The notes: generated from the letters alone by a model not told the origin. 63,953 bases of DNA, filler included, from Octopus bimaculoides (GCF_001194135.2; 5 parts of 5 records of this genome joined end to end with filler, not necessarily neighbours in it), one strand, 5' to 3'. Shown: positions 38,831-51,169, counted from the whole stretch's first letter. Made by a program: numbers and translations.

Positions 38831-39961
38831 TAAAAAGATGATGATGGTGACAATTATGACAACAACAATGATGATGAGGATGATGACGAGAATGATGACA
38901 ATGACAACAAAGACAGTGACACACATCCCTTCCATAATATTTATGCCAAGATTGATAAAATATTTTTCAATCAATGACAGTTGTCACCAATAGGCAGAAA
39001 AAATTGCATTTTTTTTTTTCACTTTTCTGTTCTCACTTTCACTATTATTTCTTACTCGTGAAAAACAAATTAGTTTACAATTTTTTTCCCAATCTCTCAT
39101 GTTCTTTCTGATTGTCCCAAAGGGACATACATCTATTAAATGGAGCATATTTTCTTTGACCTAGTTCAAGCAACACAAATCCATCTTTTTCTTCCTTTTT
39201 TTTTTTTTCAAAACTCTTTATGTTTAGCAATTGTTTTTACCTGGTTCTAGTTCCTAGTAATCAATTCCTCAGTCTTTTAATAACAGACCACCTTTCTTTG
39301 TGATTAACAAAACGAAAAAAGAAAAAAAAGGAAAAATGAAATTCTACTTGGAAATTTAATTGAAAGGAATAATTGCTATTTTCCTTTTCTTAAGAAAAAA
39401 TAACAAAAATAAAACAAAAAATAATCACCCAATTAAAACTGATTGATCAATATTTAAAAAACATTTTTCATATGGTATTATGAGTTGTAGATGACTTCAA
39501 AAGACACACAAACTATAGAAAAAAAACGTTCATTTATTTATTTAAATCAAGGTGTAAACATTGTATAAGAGGAAGGACAAAACAAAAAAATTGCTAATCA
39601 TAAATTATAATTTCTTTCTCTATGTTAAAACCTGGCATAATGTTGACACTAAATTTGCTAGAAATAGCAGGTAAATTGCAATCAACAACCTTCATTGAAA
39701 GGGACAAATTGAATAATTTAGTCCTAAATGTGCAATGCCTTTAGAAACAGCTGTGGTATTCATGGCTAGATTTCAGTCTTTATAATAGGATTGTCCAAGA
39801 AGAACTGACCTGGGGTTATATAACAGCAACAGCTGAGTAAACTCCATAATTTTAACATAATTCTTAGTTGTACACATTGTTATTTAACCCAAAGTCAACC
39901 ACAACTGAGGATACTTATGATCAAAAACATTCCAACCATGACCTTTGTATTATATTCATTT

Positions 39962-40250
39962 TATACAGTTCTATATTTAAGAGATGAGGAATTATGTACA
40001 TTATTTACATTATTTACATTTGATGGATATTTGTCCTCATCTTGTTTGTTGTTAACACATTTTGTCTGAAATACCCTCCGCCCTTCATCAAGTGTCTTGG
40101 GGAAATTTCGAACCTGGGTTCTCATTCCTAAGGCATTTTTCGATGTTATCATTATTATTATTATCATTCAGGTCACTACTTGGAATCGAACTCAGAATAT
40201 TGGGGTTAGTAGCCCACGCTCTTAACCACTATGCCATATACCCGTGGGCA
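39962..40250 (-). mobile_element. tRNA-headed repeat carrying a decayed minimal hammerhead motif
   Basis: Minus strand: A box tggcatagtgg (40226-40236), B box gagttcgattcc (40182-40193), then acacTTGATGA-hairpin-AAAAtgtgt (40055-40095). Confidence 0.7.
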
Positions 40251-40269
40251 ATTATGGCAATTTTAAGAC

Positions 40270-40445
40270 TTATGAATCCAATATTTTCCTATCCTTCCTT
40301 AATGCCGGTTCCTATATGCTACTCATATCGGCACTTGGTCTGCTTAGGAGATTGTTGTGTCCTACCATATGTGCTGCTTCTTTTAGTTTTCGTATTTTCC
40401 AGTGGTGTTCTCTGTCTATCATTTTAACTTTATCCCACAGGGATG
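40270..40445 (-). mobile_element. Penelope-like element, GIY-YIG endonuclease C-terminus
   Basis: LWDKVKMIDREHHWKIRKLKEAAHM.GHNNLLSRPS.DMSSI*EPALRK resembles the W..VKILD.E.HW..RK.KEA.H end of PLE ORFs. Confidence 0.7.
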
Positions 40446-40673
40446 AAGTGGATTAAATGAGTTATTGTCCAAATGAGATTTTATTTGGCATTACAGCTCT
40501 CCTAGTCTAGTCAAGATCCACGTCTCTCTTGTATGTCACATTTAGACTATTAGCTTCTCTTCTTAATTCCAACCATTTTACATAGTGTGTTTGGTGATAC
40601 TTTTTCATGAAAGTCTGCATGAGGATGATTTAGAGCCTTTAGGTTATACTATATTAATCAATAGTTAACATAT

Positions 40674-41078
40674 GGCGCAGGAGCGGCCGTGTGGTAAGTA
40701 GCTTGCTTACCAACCACATGGTTCCAGGTTCAGTCCCACTGCATGGCACCTTGGGCAAGTGTCTTCTACTATAGCCTCGGGCTGACCAAAGCCTTGTAAG
40801 TGGATTTGGTAAACGGTAACTAAAAGAAGCCCATCGTATATATGCATATATATGTGTATGTGTGTATGTTTGTGTGTCTGTGTTTGTCCCCCTAGCATTG
40901 CTTGACAACCAATGCTGGTGTGTTTATGTCCCCGTCACTTAGCAGCTAGGCAAAAGAGATCAATAGAATAAGTACTAGGCTTACAAAAAAATAAGTCCCG
41001 GGGTTGATTTGCTCGACTAAAGGCAGTGCTCCAGCGTGGCCACAGTCAAATGCCTGAAACACGTAAAAAAGTAAAAGA

Positions 41079-41080
<2 letters not shown>
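40674..41080 (+). mobile_element. SINE family A, full-length
   Basis: ggcgcaggagcggccgtgtggtaag...internal TA/TG tract...gctccagcgtggccacagtcaaatg...gtaaaagaat. Confidence 0.95.
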
Positions 41081-41119
<39 letters not shown>

Positions 41120-41519
41120 TACTGAGGCCATTATATGCAACATGCTGTTGGATTGAACCCACGTTCATATTGCTGCAAAAAGGTTTTATAATCTTATGGC
41201 CATACCTATAGTTCCATCTTGCTTAAACTGTCTTACATTGCAAGTCCCAGCACATCTTTATACAACTATCTATTATTTCTGCTTGGTCTATGTTTCAAAG
41301 TATAATGTTATAATGTATTCTACAAGTGAATCTCTTATATTTTACAAACTAATGCCATAAAACCTTTTGTTCTGAGTGAAACATTCTTTGGGGAATTTGG
41401 AAATCACAGAAGAACCATGTTCACATACACAAGTCAGGTTTTTTAATTCTGTGACAAGGATTTCTTCATTAAGATATGCAGTTAAAAATAATTCTTTTAT
41501 ATCCCAGTGAAATTCCAAA

Positions 41520-41522
41520 ACA

Positions 41523-41562
<40 letters not shown>

Positions 41563-41995
41563 TTCTCTATCTATCTATCTGTCTGTCTATTTGTCTATCT
41601 ATCTGTCTATCTATTTATCCATTTACCTGTCTGTCTATCCATCTATCTACCCCTCTACCCATCTATTTATCATTTATCTATTTATCTGTCCATCAGTCTT
41701 TCTGTCTTTTTGTCTGTCTATGTATTAATCTATCCCTCTATCTGTTTATCCTTCTATTTCTCTGTCCCACTATCCATTTAACTATCTACCTATTTATCCA
41801 TTCATCCATCTGCCTATCTGTCTATCCATCTATGTATCTCTCCTCTACCCATCTATTTATCGTTTATCAAATTATCTATCCATCTCGCTTTCTCTCTGTT
41901 TGTTTATCTATGTAGTGATCTATTCATCTATCTGTTTATTCATCTATCTCTCTGTCCAACTATCTATTCATTTATCCATCTATCTACATCATAAT
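41520..41995. repeat. degenerate (CTAT/CTGT/CCAT)n tetranucleotide repeat
   Basis: Direct; contains an internal ~190-bp duplication (41639 vs 41827). Confidence 0.9.
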
Positions 41996-42829
41996 CGTTC
42001 TATTTCATAAATAATATTCTATATTTATATTTATTTCTCATCTTTTTCCTCTTCTATGTCTGTCTTTGCTTCATAAACATTCTACATTATACTTAAAGCG
42101 TTTTTCCTCTTCTATCATATTACAATACTATTTATTGTACTTCACAAAAAAAAAAAGTCTACTTTAGATTTTCATTTCAAATCTTCTTCCTCTCTTTGCT
42201 TCTTAAAACTTCTGTGTTACACTTAATTTTACTTTTTCCTTTTATTGGAAGAGAGTTATGTTATCATTTTTCGATACAATACAATACTTTCTGATATACA
42301 TTTTACCTATAATATTATTTGAATATGAGATACACAGTAAAGATTGTCAAGACAAATAGAATGTAAGAAAGAACAGTTATTTATTATTTTTCTTTTTGAA
42401 TTTTAAATCACAATTGGTGTATAATAGCAATGCGCATTACAGGCTTCCAACAATTCAATCGCTGGTTCACTGCATTTCTGATGATGCGAATGACAAGTGA
42501 GAGGCTATAATTTGCTGTTGAACTCTTTTCAAACAGGAACTTCCTCTGAAAAGCAATGCATTGTCTCTTTTGTTTATTTATTTATTTATTTTATTTTGCT
42601 TATTTATTATTATTATTATTTTTTAAACCAGATGATTAGATCTACCACTGATATACATCAGTGAATGATATACATATCATACAACATAGCTACTTCTGTT
42701 TCAGTAAAGCTTTTTCATCATCATCATTTAATATCCCTGTTTTTTTCCCTATTGTCATAGGAATTGGTGAGCCAAAGGGCTGCACTCACAAGGTTTTTTA
42801 CAACTGAACCCCTTCCTAGCACTTTTACT

Positions 42830-43085
42830 TGTTCTCCAAACTGAAGGAGGACCTCAGGGACAGTCGTTTTGAGGACACTGAGAAGATGGAGGCTGAGACA
42901 AGGGTCCGGGACACCTTTCTTTTCAAGGACTTCCGTGATGCCTTCAGAAAGTAGCTGGATTGCTACAGCTGGTGCATTGAAGTTAGAAGAGCCTACTTCG
43001 AGGGAGATTAGAGTTTTGCACTTCCATTAAATTAATAAATATCTCTTATGAAAAAGTCTGAAATCTTCTGGAATGCACCTCATAA
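42830..43085 (+). mobile_element. mariner transposase C-terminus and right TIR
   Basis: FSKLKEDLR.SRFEDTEKM..DFRDAFRK*L..CIEVRRAYFEGD*; ends ctggaatgcacctcata. Confidence 0.75.
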
Positions 43086-43219
43086 ATTCTAAAAGATGCA
43101 GTGGAATCATGTCAGTGACCAGGTTGCAGTTTGGGTGATGAAAATTTTGACATCAATTAAGAAATGTTAAAGTGAAGTGAACAGTATTTCTATGTCATCC
43201 ACTCTGCAATCACTTTAGT

Positions 43220-43575
43220 TTCAACACATGGCCTCAGATCAAATAAAAGGCAAAGACCCCTTTCAATCATGAATAACCATGGGATTGCACCTAGAATGCT
43301 GCCCTCTGAGGCACGAGTTTGGGTAAGGTTGTTTATAGAAGACCAGCAGTTGCTCTTGTATACCAGCCTCCTCTCTCCACACCACCGGTGTTATCTAAGA
43401 GAAAGCAAAGGCTGATACAATTTGGCACCAGTGATGTTGCTGCTTATTTCTACAGCTGAATGAACAAGAGCAATGTGAAATAAAGTGTCTTGCTCAAGAA
43501 CACGACACACAGCCCCATCCAGGAATCAAACTCACTACCTCATGACTGTGAGTCCGATGCTCTAACCACTGTTAC
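43220..43575 (-). mobile_element. tRNA-headed SINE (family E) with CORE-like segment
   Basis: Minus head: cagtggttagagcatcggactcacagtcatgaggtagtgagtttgattcctg..gtgttcttgagcaagacactt. Confidence 0.8.
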
Positions 43576-44079
43576 ACCTGGCAAATATGCCTCCAAAATT
43601 TTCAATTCCGTTTGGATCAACAAACATTGTAGTGGAGGTTAATTTCATGTTCCATCATATCATTCTGGAGAAAATACTGTAAAACATTAAAAAGTTATTT
43701 ACAACTATCAACATATCTCCATTATTTCTATATACTTAGACTTACCATTTGGAGAGCCTCATCAACTAACAAAGAAATACCAATAAGTGTCTCTCTATGC
43801 AGTTAGTCAGTTTGTTAGATATGGCAACCTAAACACATTTAAAACCTACCAAATATAACACTGTCTCAAAAAGAGAGAATAGTCACAAGAGGCATGCTTT
43901 GGATATGGGTTTGTTCAATTTGGGCTGACAGAACCTTAAACAACAATTTCTCACACAAACACATACATGTACATTCATACATTCATACATACACATAAAA
44001 ACACTTACTTGCAATGTAAGTAAGAAGGAAAAATGCACCAAGCATTTCCTTTTGAAAGTACTGGGGCAAAACATTCTTT

Positions 44080-44287
44080 TATACTCTAGGCACAAGACCC
44101 AAAATTTTGGGGGCGGGGCCAGCCGATCAGATCGACCTCAGTACGCAACTGGTATTTAATTTATCGATCCCAAAAGGATAAAAGGCAAAGCTGACCTTGG
44201 CGGAATTTGAACTCAAAATGTAAAGATAGACAAAATACTGATAAGCATTTCACCCAGCATGCTAACCTTTCTGCCAGCTGACTGCCT
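44080..44287 (-). mobile_element. SINE family B
   Basis: aacattcttttatactctaggcacaag...ggcggaatttgaactc...ttctgccagctgactgcctt. Confidence 0.85.
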
Positions 44288-44938
44288 TAGTACTGGGTCA
44301 AAATATTGTTATTAAAACTGAGAGGATGTCAGAATCTTCACAAAACATTTTAGGCACTTAAAACAATTAGCAAAATCATGATTCATGTTACAAAGACACA
44401 TTTACTCTGCTTACCACCAGTCACTCCACAATGTGAACAAAATAGCGTTTCATGGCATGTGAATTAGCAAAGACAACCTTATAGCTTGTAAGGCTAAGGG
44501 CATAATGTGGACACTATATCTAAGAGAGAATAGAAAGAACAGTGTGAAATGATTCAAGGTGAGCAGATGGGGAAATATAATTAAGATGATAGGCACAGAT
44601 TTATAGTTGTGGTGGTGAAGGAGAGAGTAACAGAATAATGGGGTAGGCACTAATTAGGGGATGAGAAGAGTGTGGCAGTGGTATACATACATACATACAT
44701 ACATACGTACATATATACATAATATATACATGCATGCATGCATACGCACACACATGCACACATATATGAATATAGAAATATTTTTATCTCTTCGCCAATA
44801 TATGGACTCACATACAAATATATATGCATTAATATATATATGTACATATGTATAGATTCTTTATGGATGTATGCACATTTTCATATCTATATATATACAT
44901 GCATTATATAAGTTTATATATATGGTTATCTCTCTCTC

Positions 44939-44975
<37 letters not shown>

Positions 44976-45075
44976 NNNNNNNNNNNNNNNNNNNNNNNNN
45001 NNNNNNNNNNNNNNNNNNNTTAATTAATTAANNNNNNNNNNNNNNNNNNNNNNNNNNNNNNNNNNNNNNNNNNNN
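44976..45075. other. 100-bp placeholder gap with six-frame stop spacer
   Basis: 44 N + TTAATTAATTAA (45020-45031) + 44 N. Confidence 0.95.
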
Positions 45076-45214
45076 GGGGAGATAAAATAATGACCAGTGG
45101 AGAACTGGGTTTGAAGTAATCGACTTAATCCAACCCCCGAACTTGCTGGCCTTGTACCAAAATTTGTAACCAGTATTTCGAATTTTGCCAGAACTTTATC
45201 GGTTCGTAGTTTAC

Positions 45215-45830
45215 TTTTTAGAACTAGAACTAGGAAAGTTTTGTGGTTTAACCTTGCATTTAATATGGCCGTAAAAATTAATACAGGTAAAGAATTCTTA
45301 AAATTAGTTTCTAAACATTTTCAATCTAGCCATAAGTTCTATAGAATATTTAATAGGAGAACGCTGAAGGTTAGCTATTCTTGTTGCAAAAACTTCGCCT
45401 CTTTCATTAGACAGCAAAACACAAAAATTATTACAGACAACTACAGTGCCGAATCTAATCTGAGGAACTGCAAGTAGATGGCTCGCAAGAATATAAAACA
45501 TATACAGGGGCTTTAGAGAATTCATTCAAGACTCGATTCTATTCCCACAGAAATTCTTTCCGATACCCCGAGAAGAGGATAGCGACTAGTCTTGCAAAGC
45601 ATATCTAGGAGCTGAAAGAGAATGACACCCGTCCATTCAATGTAACCTGGAAAATTCTAGAAAAAGCATCAGCATACAGACATGGAGCTTATAAAAGACC
45701 TATGAAATGTAATCTTTGCCTCTCAGAGAAGTTCTTTATCTTGTTCCAGGATAAAAACGCTTTAAACCAGAGATGCGAGCTCTTAAATTCCTGCAGGCAT
45801 GCCACAAAGTTTAAAATGTCAACCGACAAA
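45215..45830 (+). mobile_element. Penelope-like element, linker and GIY-YIG endonuclease fragment
   Basis: RKVLWFNLAFN..NTGKEFLKLVSKHF..HKFYRIFNRRTLKVSYSC; YTGALENSFKTRFYSHRNSF..TSLAKHI*ELKE..WKILEKASAY..CNLCLSEKFFI..LNQRCELLNSCRH. Confidence 0.9.
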
Positions 45831-47745
45831 TACCGTACGGGTAACATGTTTTGACTTTCGAAATATATTTTTTGACTGTCGCGTTTGAATTTGACTTTAT
45901 ACGGTATAGTTATTTTCCACCACAACGTTAATATATATTGCGACTTCATTTTTAAGAAAGCCTTCGACTATTTTATAAATTCAAATTTAAATTTAATCTT
46001 AAGTTTAAGCTTCGCCGAGGTTTATTTTTATTATTCTTATTTTTACTCACGTATTTAATTATATTACATCAAATTAATGTACAATTTCCTTATTTTACAA
46101 TTTAATATTAAACACACCGAACAGTTTTTTTAAAGTTGTTTGCATATATACATTATGATGTAGATATGTCTATATATTTATGCGTATGTAAGTATTGTAG
46201 GTATGTATATGCATGTATGTGTATGTACGTATGCATATACATGTGTGTATGTGTATATGTATTTATGTATATATACATATATATGCATACATATATAAAT
46301 GTGTATGTATATGTACGTATACTTTTATATATGTGAGCATGAATTTGTGCACATATTTTTGTATTTTTGTATATTTGTCTGCGTATATATATAGGTGTGT
46401 TTGTATGTATATTTATACTTATGTAGATATACTTATGTAGATATATTCTACTCTCACATTACCAGAACGATAATTAAAGTTTACTGGGCAGTGTTGTGTA
46501 TTATCTAAAGAAGCAAGGTTGTGTTGGAAACATTGCACCTTGCATTGTACCTTTCTACAGCAAGACAAAATTTTTGTTTACCAGTTTTAGCAAAGACTGT
46601 TGTCATTAAGCTTAGTATAACTCTTGATAGTCGTTAGAATTTCCGAGAGATACACAAGTAAGAGCTTTAGTGTCCTACTTCTGGTAGAAAATAAACTACA
46701 AAAAGCGCCAGACAACTTCTGAAAGATTTAAAGCCTAGCAAAGAATATTCATCTCCACAAACATAAAATCTGCCCAAGTCAACTTTGCCTTTAATTATTT
46801 CAGAATCATTAAGAAATAAAAAAAAATTCAGTGGATTAGTCGAAATGTAATCCGGACCGGATGCCTTGTGGTATTTCTGTCGGTTCTTTGCGTTCTGAGT
46901 TCAAATCATACCTCGGCCTGCTTGGACGAGAAACTTAAGCCGTCGTCTGGTTTAACACCATCACCTGACATCTTAGGTGTCTCTTTTGGAACTCACTCTC
47001 TTGCAAGCATTCGGGCCATCTCTCCGGTTTGAGGATGCCTTTCCCCTTCCCACACCTCTCACTCGTCTCGGAGACCTTGTAAAGTGTCGTAGGTATTGTC
47101 TTGCCCCCTAGCTAAAAGGTTTTATGTAGGCATAATGTAAATATACATATGCATGTATGCAGAATTGTATTTACGTACACATGTATGTATGTATATAGGA
47201 TGCAGAGGGGCTAGCAGGAGACCACCAACGATGGGGGGCACTGGTGGACCTGGTCGGCTCCACGCATGATGACATCTCTGGGCCCACTAAGCTGAGAGTA
47301 TGAAGCAAGTGAAGCATGCATGTAGATAAACACCCACGTTATACTTCTGTATATATTATATAGCCCATTGAAAATAAGAGCAAAATATTAACCATAGCAA
47401 TGTAATCTTCCACCAACCAGTCAAGAAAAGCAAACAGGCGGCGTCAGTTTCTATTCAATTGAAGAGAGAGTATTTTTAATTAAAAATTGCAGGAGACATT
47501 TGTAGTTGATGTACAACATAAATTTGTCAAAGAAACCTGACACCTAAATAAGCAGTGAAGCGGATATAATATATATTCGTATGTCTCATTACATTGTTAC
47601 TCTGGCCATCGCCCCCAATACACACACAATCGTACTTTCACAGACAAGCGTGTGTAAATATATATGTATATACAGAAGTATGTACGATCATATAAACATA
47701 GACACACACACACACACGTAAACACACACAAATATATATATATAG

Positions 47746-47850
47746 CGCGGTTCACCTATCGCGGTTCGCCTATCGTGGTTCGCCTATCGCGGTTCGCCTA
47801 TCGCGGTTCGCCTATCGCGGTTCGCCTATCGCGGTTCGCCTATCGCGGTT
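47746..47850. repeat. 14-bp minisatellite (CGCGGTTCGCCTAT), 7 units plus a partial
   Basis: Counted directly; only two single-base variants. Confidence 0.97.
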
Positions 47851-48032
47851 TATTATTTAAGCTTACATCAATTCCTCCGTGGTGTTGTTTTGCATTTATA
47901 ATAAAATAAATATATAAAATTATAAAAGTAAAAGAAAAATATGCACAGTACAGTACTGTTTTTACTTCGTGGATTTTCACCTATCGCGGGGGTTTTGGGA
48001 ATGTAACACTCGCAATAGTCGAGGGATTACTT
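47746..48032. mobile_element. Tigger/pogo-type MITE, right end retained
   Basis: The reverse complement of the right end reads taaagtaatccctcgactattgcgagtgttacattcccaaaaccccgcgataggtgaaaatcc (CAGT-type TIR); the left end is lost or replaced. Confidence 0.55.
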
Positions 48033-48485
48033 TATATTTAAACAATAAATTAAATAGAGATATTCAATAAACAACCGAATAATTTACTTATGTTATAATA
48101 TAATATAATATTCTATGAATAAAATATAATATAACAATAAAAAAAATCATTAAAAGACCAAAATAGCCAACAATTTGTTTCGACTAATATACATTATTTG
48201 ATTTACAAACAATACATATCCACCTATAATAAGTCTCTTTAGAGCTTTCGTTTATAGACAGACAAAATTCCGTGTGAAAGGACAGCTGGGTTGTAAAAAA
48301 ATTAAATCAAATGCCTATGTATTATGAGCGTGAGAGTCCGCTGCCCTAATCACTGGGCCATTGTGCATCCACACTATTAAAATAACATACAACAACAATA
48401 TATAGGTATATAAATTAAGTAACAGGGTCTTATTTAATCTAGAGACTGTAATAAAACGTGTAAATATAAATGATAATATACTATT

Positions 48486-48867
48486 GTTGTTGACACTCCG
48501 TCGCTTACGACGTCGAGGGTTCCAGTTGATCCGATCAATGGAACAGCCTGCTCGTGAAATTAACATGCAAGTGGCTGAGCACTCCACAGACACGTGTACC
48601 CTTAACGTAGTTCTCGGGGATATTCAGCGTGACACAGTGTGACAAGGCTGACCCTTTGAATTATAGGCACAACAGAAACAGGAAGTAAGAGTGAGAGAAA
48701 GTTGTGGTGAAAGAGTACAGCAGGGTCCGCCACCATCCCCTGCCGGAGCCTCGTGGAGCTTTAGGTGTTTTCGCTCAATAAACACCCACAACGCCCAGTC
48801 TGGGGATCGAAACCGCGATCCTATGACCGCGAGTCCGCTGCCCAAACCACTGGGCCATTGCGCCTCC
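48486..48867 (-). mobile_element. SINE family C, full-length and little diverged, with 11-bp TSD
   Basis: aatatactatt at 48475-48485 and 48868-48878. Minus head ggaggcgcaatggcccagtgg..ggtttcgatccc. Confidence 0.95.
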
Positions 48868-49418
48868 AATATACTATTATATTGGTAATATATAACAACT
48901 CTTCTCTTTTATTTAAAGTTATTGATATTAAAAAATTGTTTAAAGTCACTTACAAAAAATATTCTTAATTTATTTAGTTTATCGGAGGGAGAATTTCGTA
49001 ATAAATATGAAGATAAAATTAGAGCTACGATAACTACAACCTATATTACCCCATAGATATAGAGTTAGGCTATAATAATGGATATCAAAATAGTACTAGT
49101 TTTTCAGAAATAACCAGATTTGAAGTTACTTAAATAAGGACTATTCACAGTAACTAACAAATAAATGTCCCTATATTCGTATATTATCGAAGGGATAACT
49201 CAGTAAATAAAATAAAATAAAGATAAGCAAAAACAAGGATTGAGTACCAGTCCTCGATAAATTTAATTAATATTATGTTTTAGATAAAGAACTATAAATA
49301 GTATATATTCAAATTTTATTAATTCTTTCGGAAGTAACAAAATTATATTGTTGTAATAAGAATACAACTTATAGGATATACAATACTATAATAATAATTA
49401 TTATGGTTATCAAAATTA

Positions 49419-49679
49419 GTGGTGATCTTTCGGTACTAGATCCCACGCATACTGATTACATTATCGTATAGTGTGTTTATGTGTTTAAAGTTTGAGAACT
49501 GTATGAATCTGAGGGGAGAAGGTTTGAGTTTAGTGGGCCATTCATTCTTTTTTCTATTTAATGTTGTCTTTTCATATTTTCAAGTCATTTAAAAACATAA
49601 ACGCACTATACGATAATGTAATCATTATGCGTGCGTACAACGACCGGAAGTTATGGGATCTAGTACCGAAAGATCGCAC
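49419..49679. mobile_element. MITE-like inverted-repeat element (~70-bp arms)
   Basis: gatctttcggtactagatccca cgcatactgattacattatcgtatagtgtgtttatgtgtttaaa (49419-49489) versus its inverse at 49588-49679. Confidence 0.85.
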
Positions 49680-49684
49680 AAGTA

Positions 49685-49730
<46 letters not shown>

Positions 49731-50407
49731 CACACACACGCACACACACGCACACACACACAAGGAGACACCACACATTGTAGTGTTACTTTGTGTGGCG
49801 AAATTGCGAACGTGTTAGATTTGTAAGAAAAACGCGCAAATAACTAGCTACGACTGGCTAAAATATAATGTATAAGGAAAATCTCACTATAATATATCAG
49901 ACATTGTAGATTATAATATTAGAAAAAATATTTTAAAATGGATTGCAAGAACTTTAATTGGAAAAAAAAAAAAGTATCAATAGAGAAACATATCTTTATG
50001 AAGTGAAAAATATCAGAGTTTAAATCAAATGAAAAACTTACATTGGAACAGCAATGCATGTAGCGATAAAGGGAAAATATTAAGAATTGCATTGAGCTCC
50101 AGAGCTGATTTTAGTTTTCTTTGGAGGGACATAAAGAGATTATGGAGAATCCTTCATAAAACTGACCAAGAGTCAAGCAGGTTTTCTCCAGATGTAGTCC
50201 AGCAACTGTTAACGTTTGCCTTAAGGTTTATTGACTGATAGCACAATTTAGATTTACAGGAATCCGACGTCTTCAAATCGAAAGAGTGCATTTGTTGCTA
50301 TTTGAGGAATACCGGTTATAATTATATCCTTCCTTTGGTTCACCCAGTGACAGTAGTAGTCTTGGTGTCGGGTGAACTAAGCTTCTTAACCATTGGCACT
50401 GCATAAG

Positions 50408-50610
50408 GTGTCGAGCTGGCAGAATCGTTAGTACATCGGGTAAAATGCTTAGCGGCATTTCGTCCGTCTTTATGTTCTCAGTTCAAATTCCGCCGAGGCC
50501 GACTTTCTCTTTTGTCCTTTCGGGGTTGTTAAAATAAGTGCCAGCTGAAAACTGGGGTCAATGTAATCGACTGACCCACTCCCACGATCTTGTGCAAAAA
50601 TTTGAAACCA
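50408..50610 (+). mobile_element. SINE family B
   Basis: aaggtgtcgagctggcagaatcgttag...cagttcaaattccgccgagg...tgtaatcgac. Confidence 0.9.
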
Positions 50611-50946
50611 ATATTGTGGCACTGCCTAGCTGCAGTAATTTAAAATAAAGTAATATACATCGTTACCGTATGCTATATCTCTCATCATACTGTATGATGT
50701 CCTTCAAATTTTTCGTTGATAGATCAATGTTTAATCAAAGGCGGCCATATTTTTGGAGTTTTTGTCTATTTATATCCCCTAATTTGTTCGCAAATTGGAC
50801 GAGGGGCTGCATTATAAAAGTCCAACAGTGTACCTTATTTCTATGCTGCGGTAAACCTGTTCTGCTTGATTCTTAAAATCTTGGACAATGTCGTCACAGT
50901 ACTTGATCCACAGCAGACGCAGAATGAAACTGCTCCAAGTAATAAA

Positions 50947-51161
50947 CGAGAGGATTGCTGAAAAGTTTCTGGCTCTGGGCAAAAGAAAATACAGGAGGAT
51001 CAGATAATTATAATTTTATTCAACATATTCCCCTCTCAGATTCACACACTTATGGCAGGTCCTTCAGTTTTTTCAAATCCTGTAAGAGAACTCGGAAGGT
51101 TGGGCCTCCAACCAGGCCTTTCGCGATACCCTAAAAGCCAGGAACATTTTAGCATCCCTCG
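50947..51161. mobile_element. mariner-derived MITE
   Basis: Inverted ends cgagaggattgctgaaaagtttctggct / agccaggaacattttagcatccctcg(ta); a related partial copy is at 61557. Confidence 0.8.
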
Positions 51162-51169
51162 TATGTACA

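Noticed and set aside
47265-47300. ATGATGA...CTGA as a C/D box snoRNA
   Set aside because: The boxes are under 30 nt apart, with no terminal stem or recognisable guide.
48780-48867. tRNA-like sequences with A and B boxes (also 36390-36470, 43500-43575, 40168-40248)
   Set aside because: These are SINE heads followed by SINE bodies, two with clear TSDs; no complete cloverleaf or acceptor stem is evident.
50335-50380. Hairpin ttggttcaccc...gggtgaactaa (also 31870-31910) as pre-miRNA or Helitron end
   Set aside because: The stems are only 11-12 bp, too short for a pre-miRNA, and there is no CTRR terminus in the expected position.
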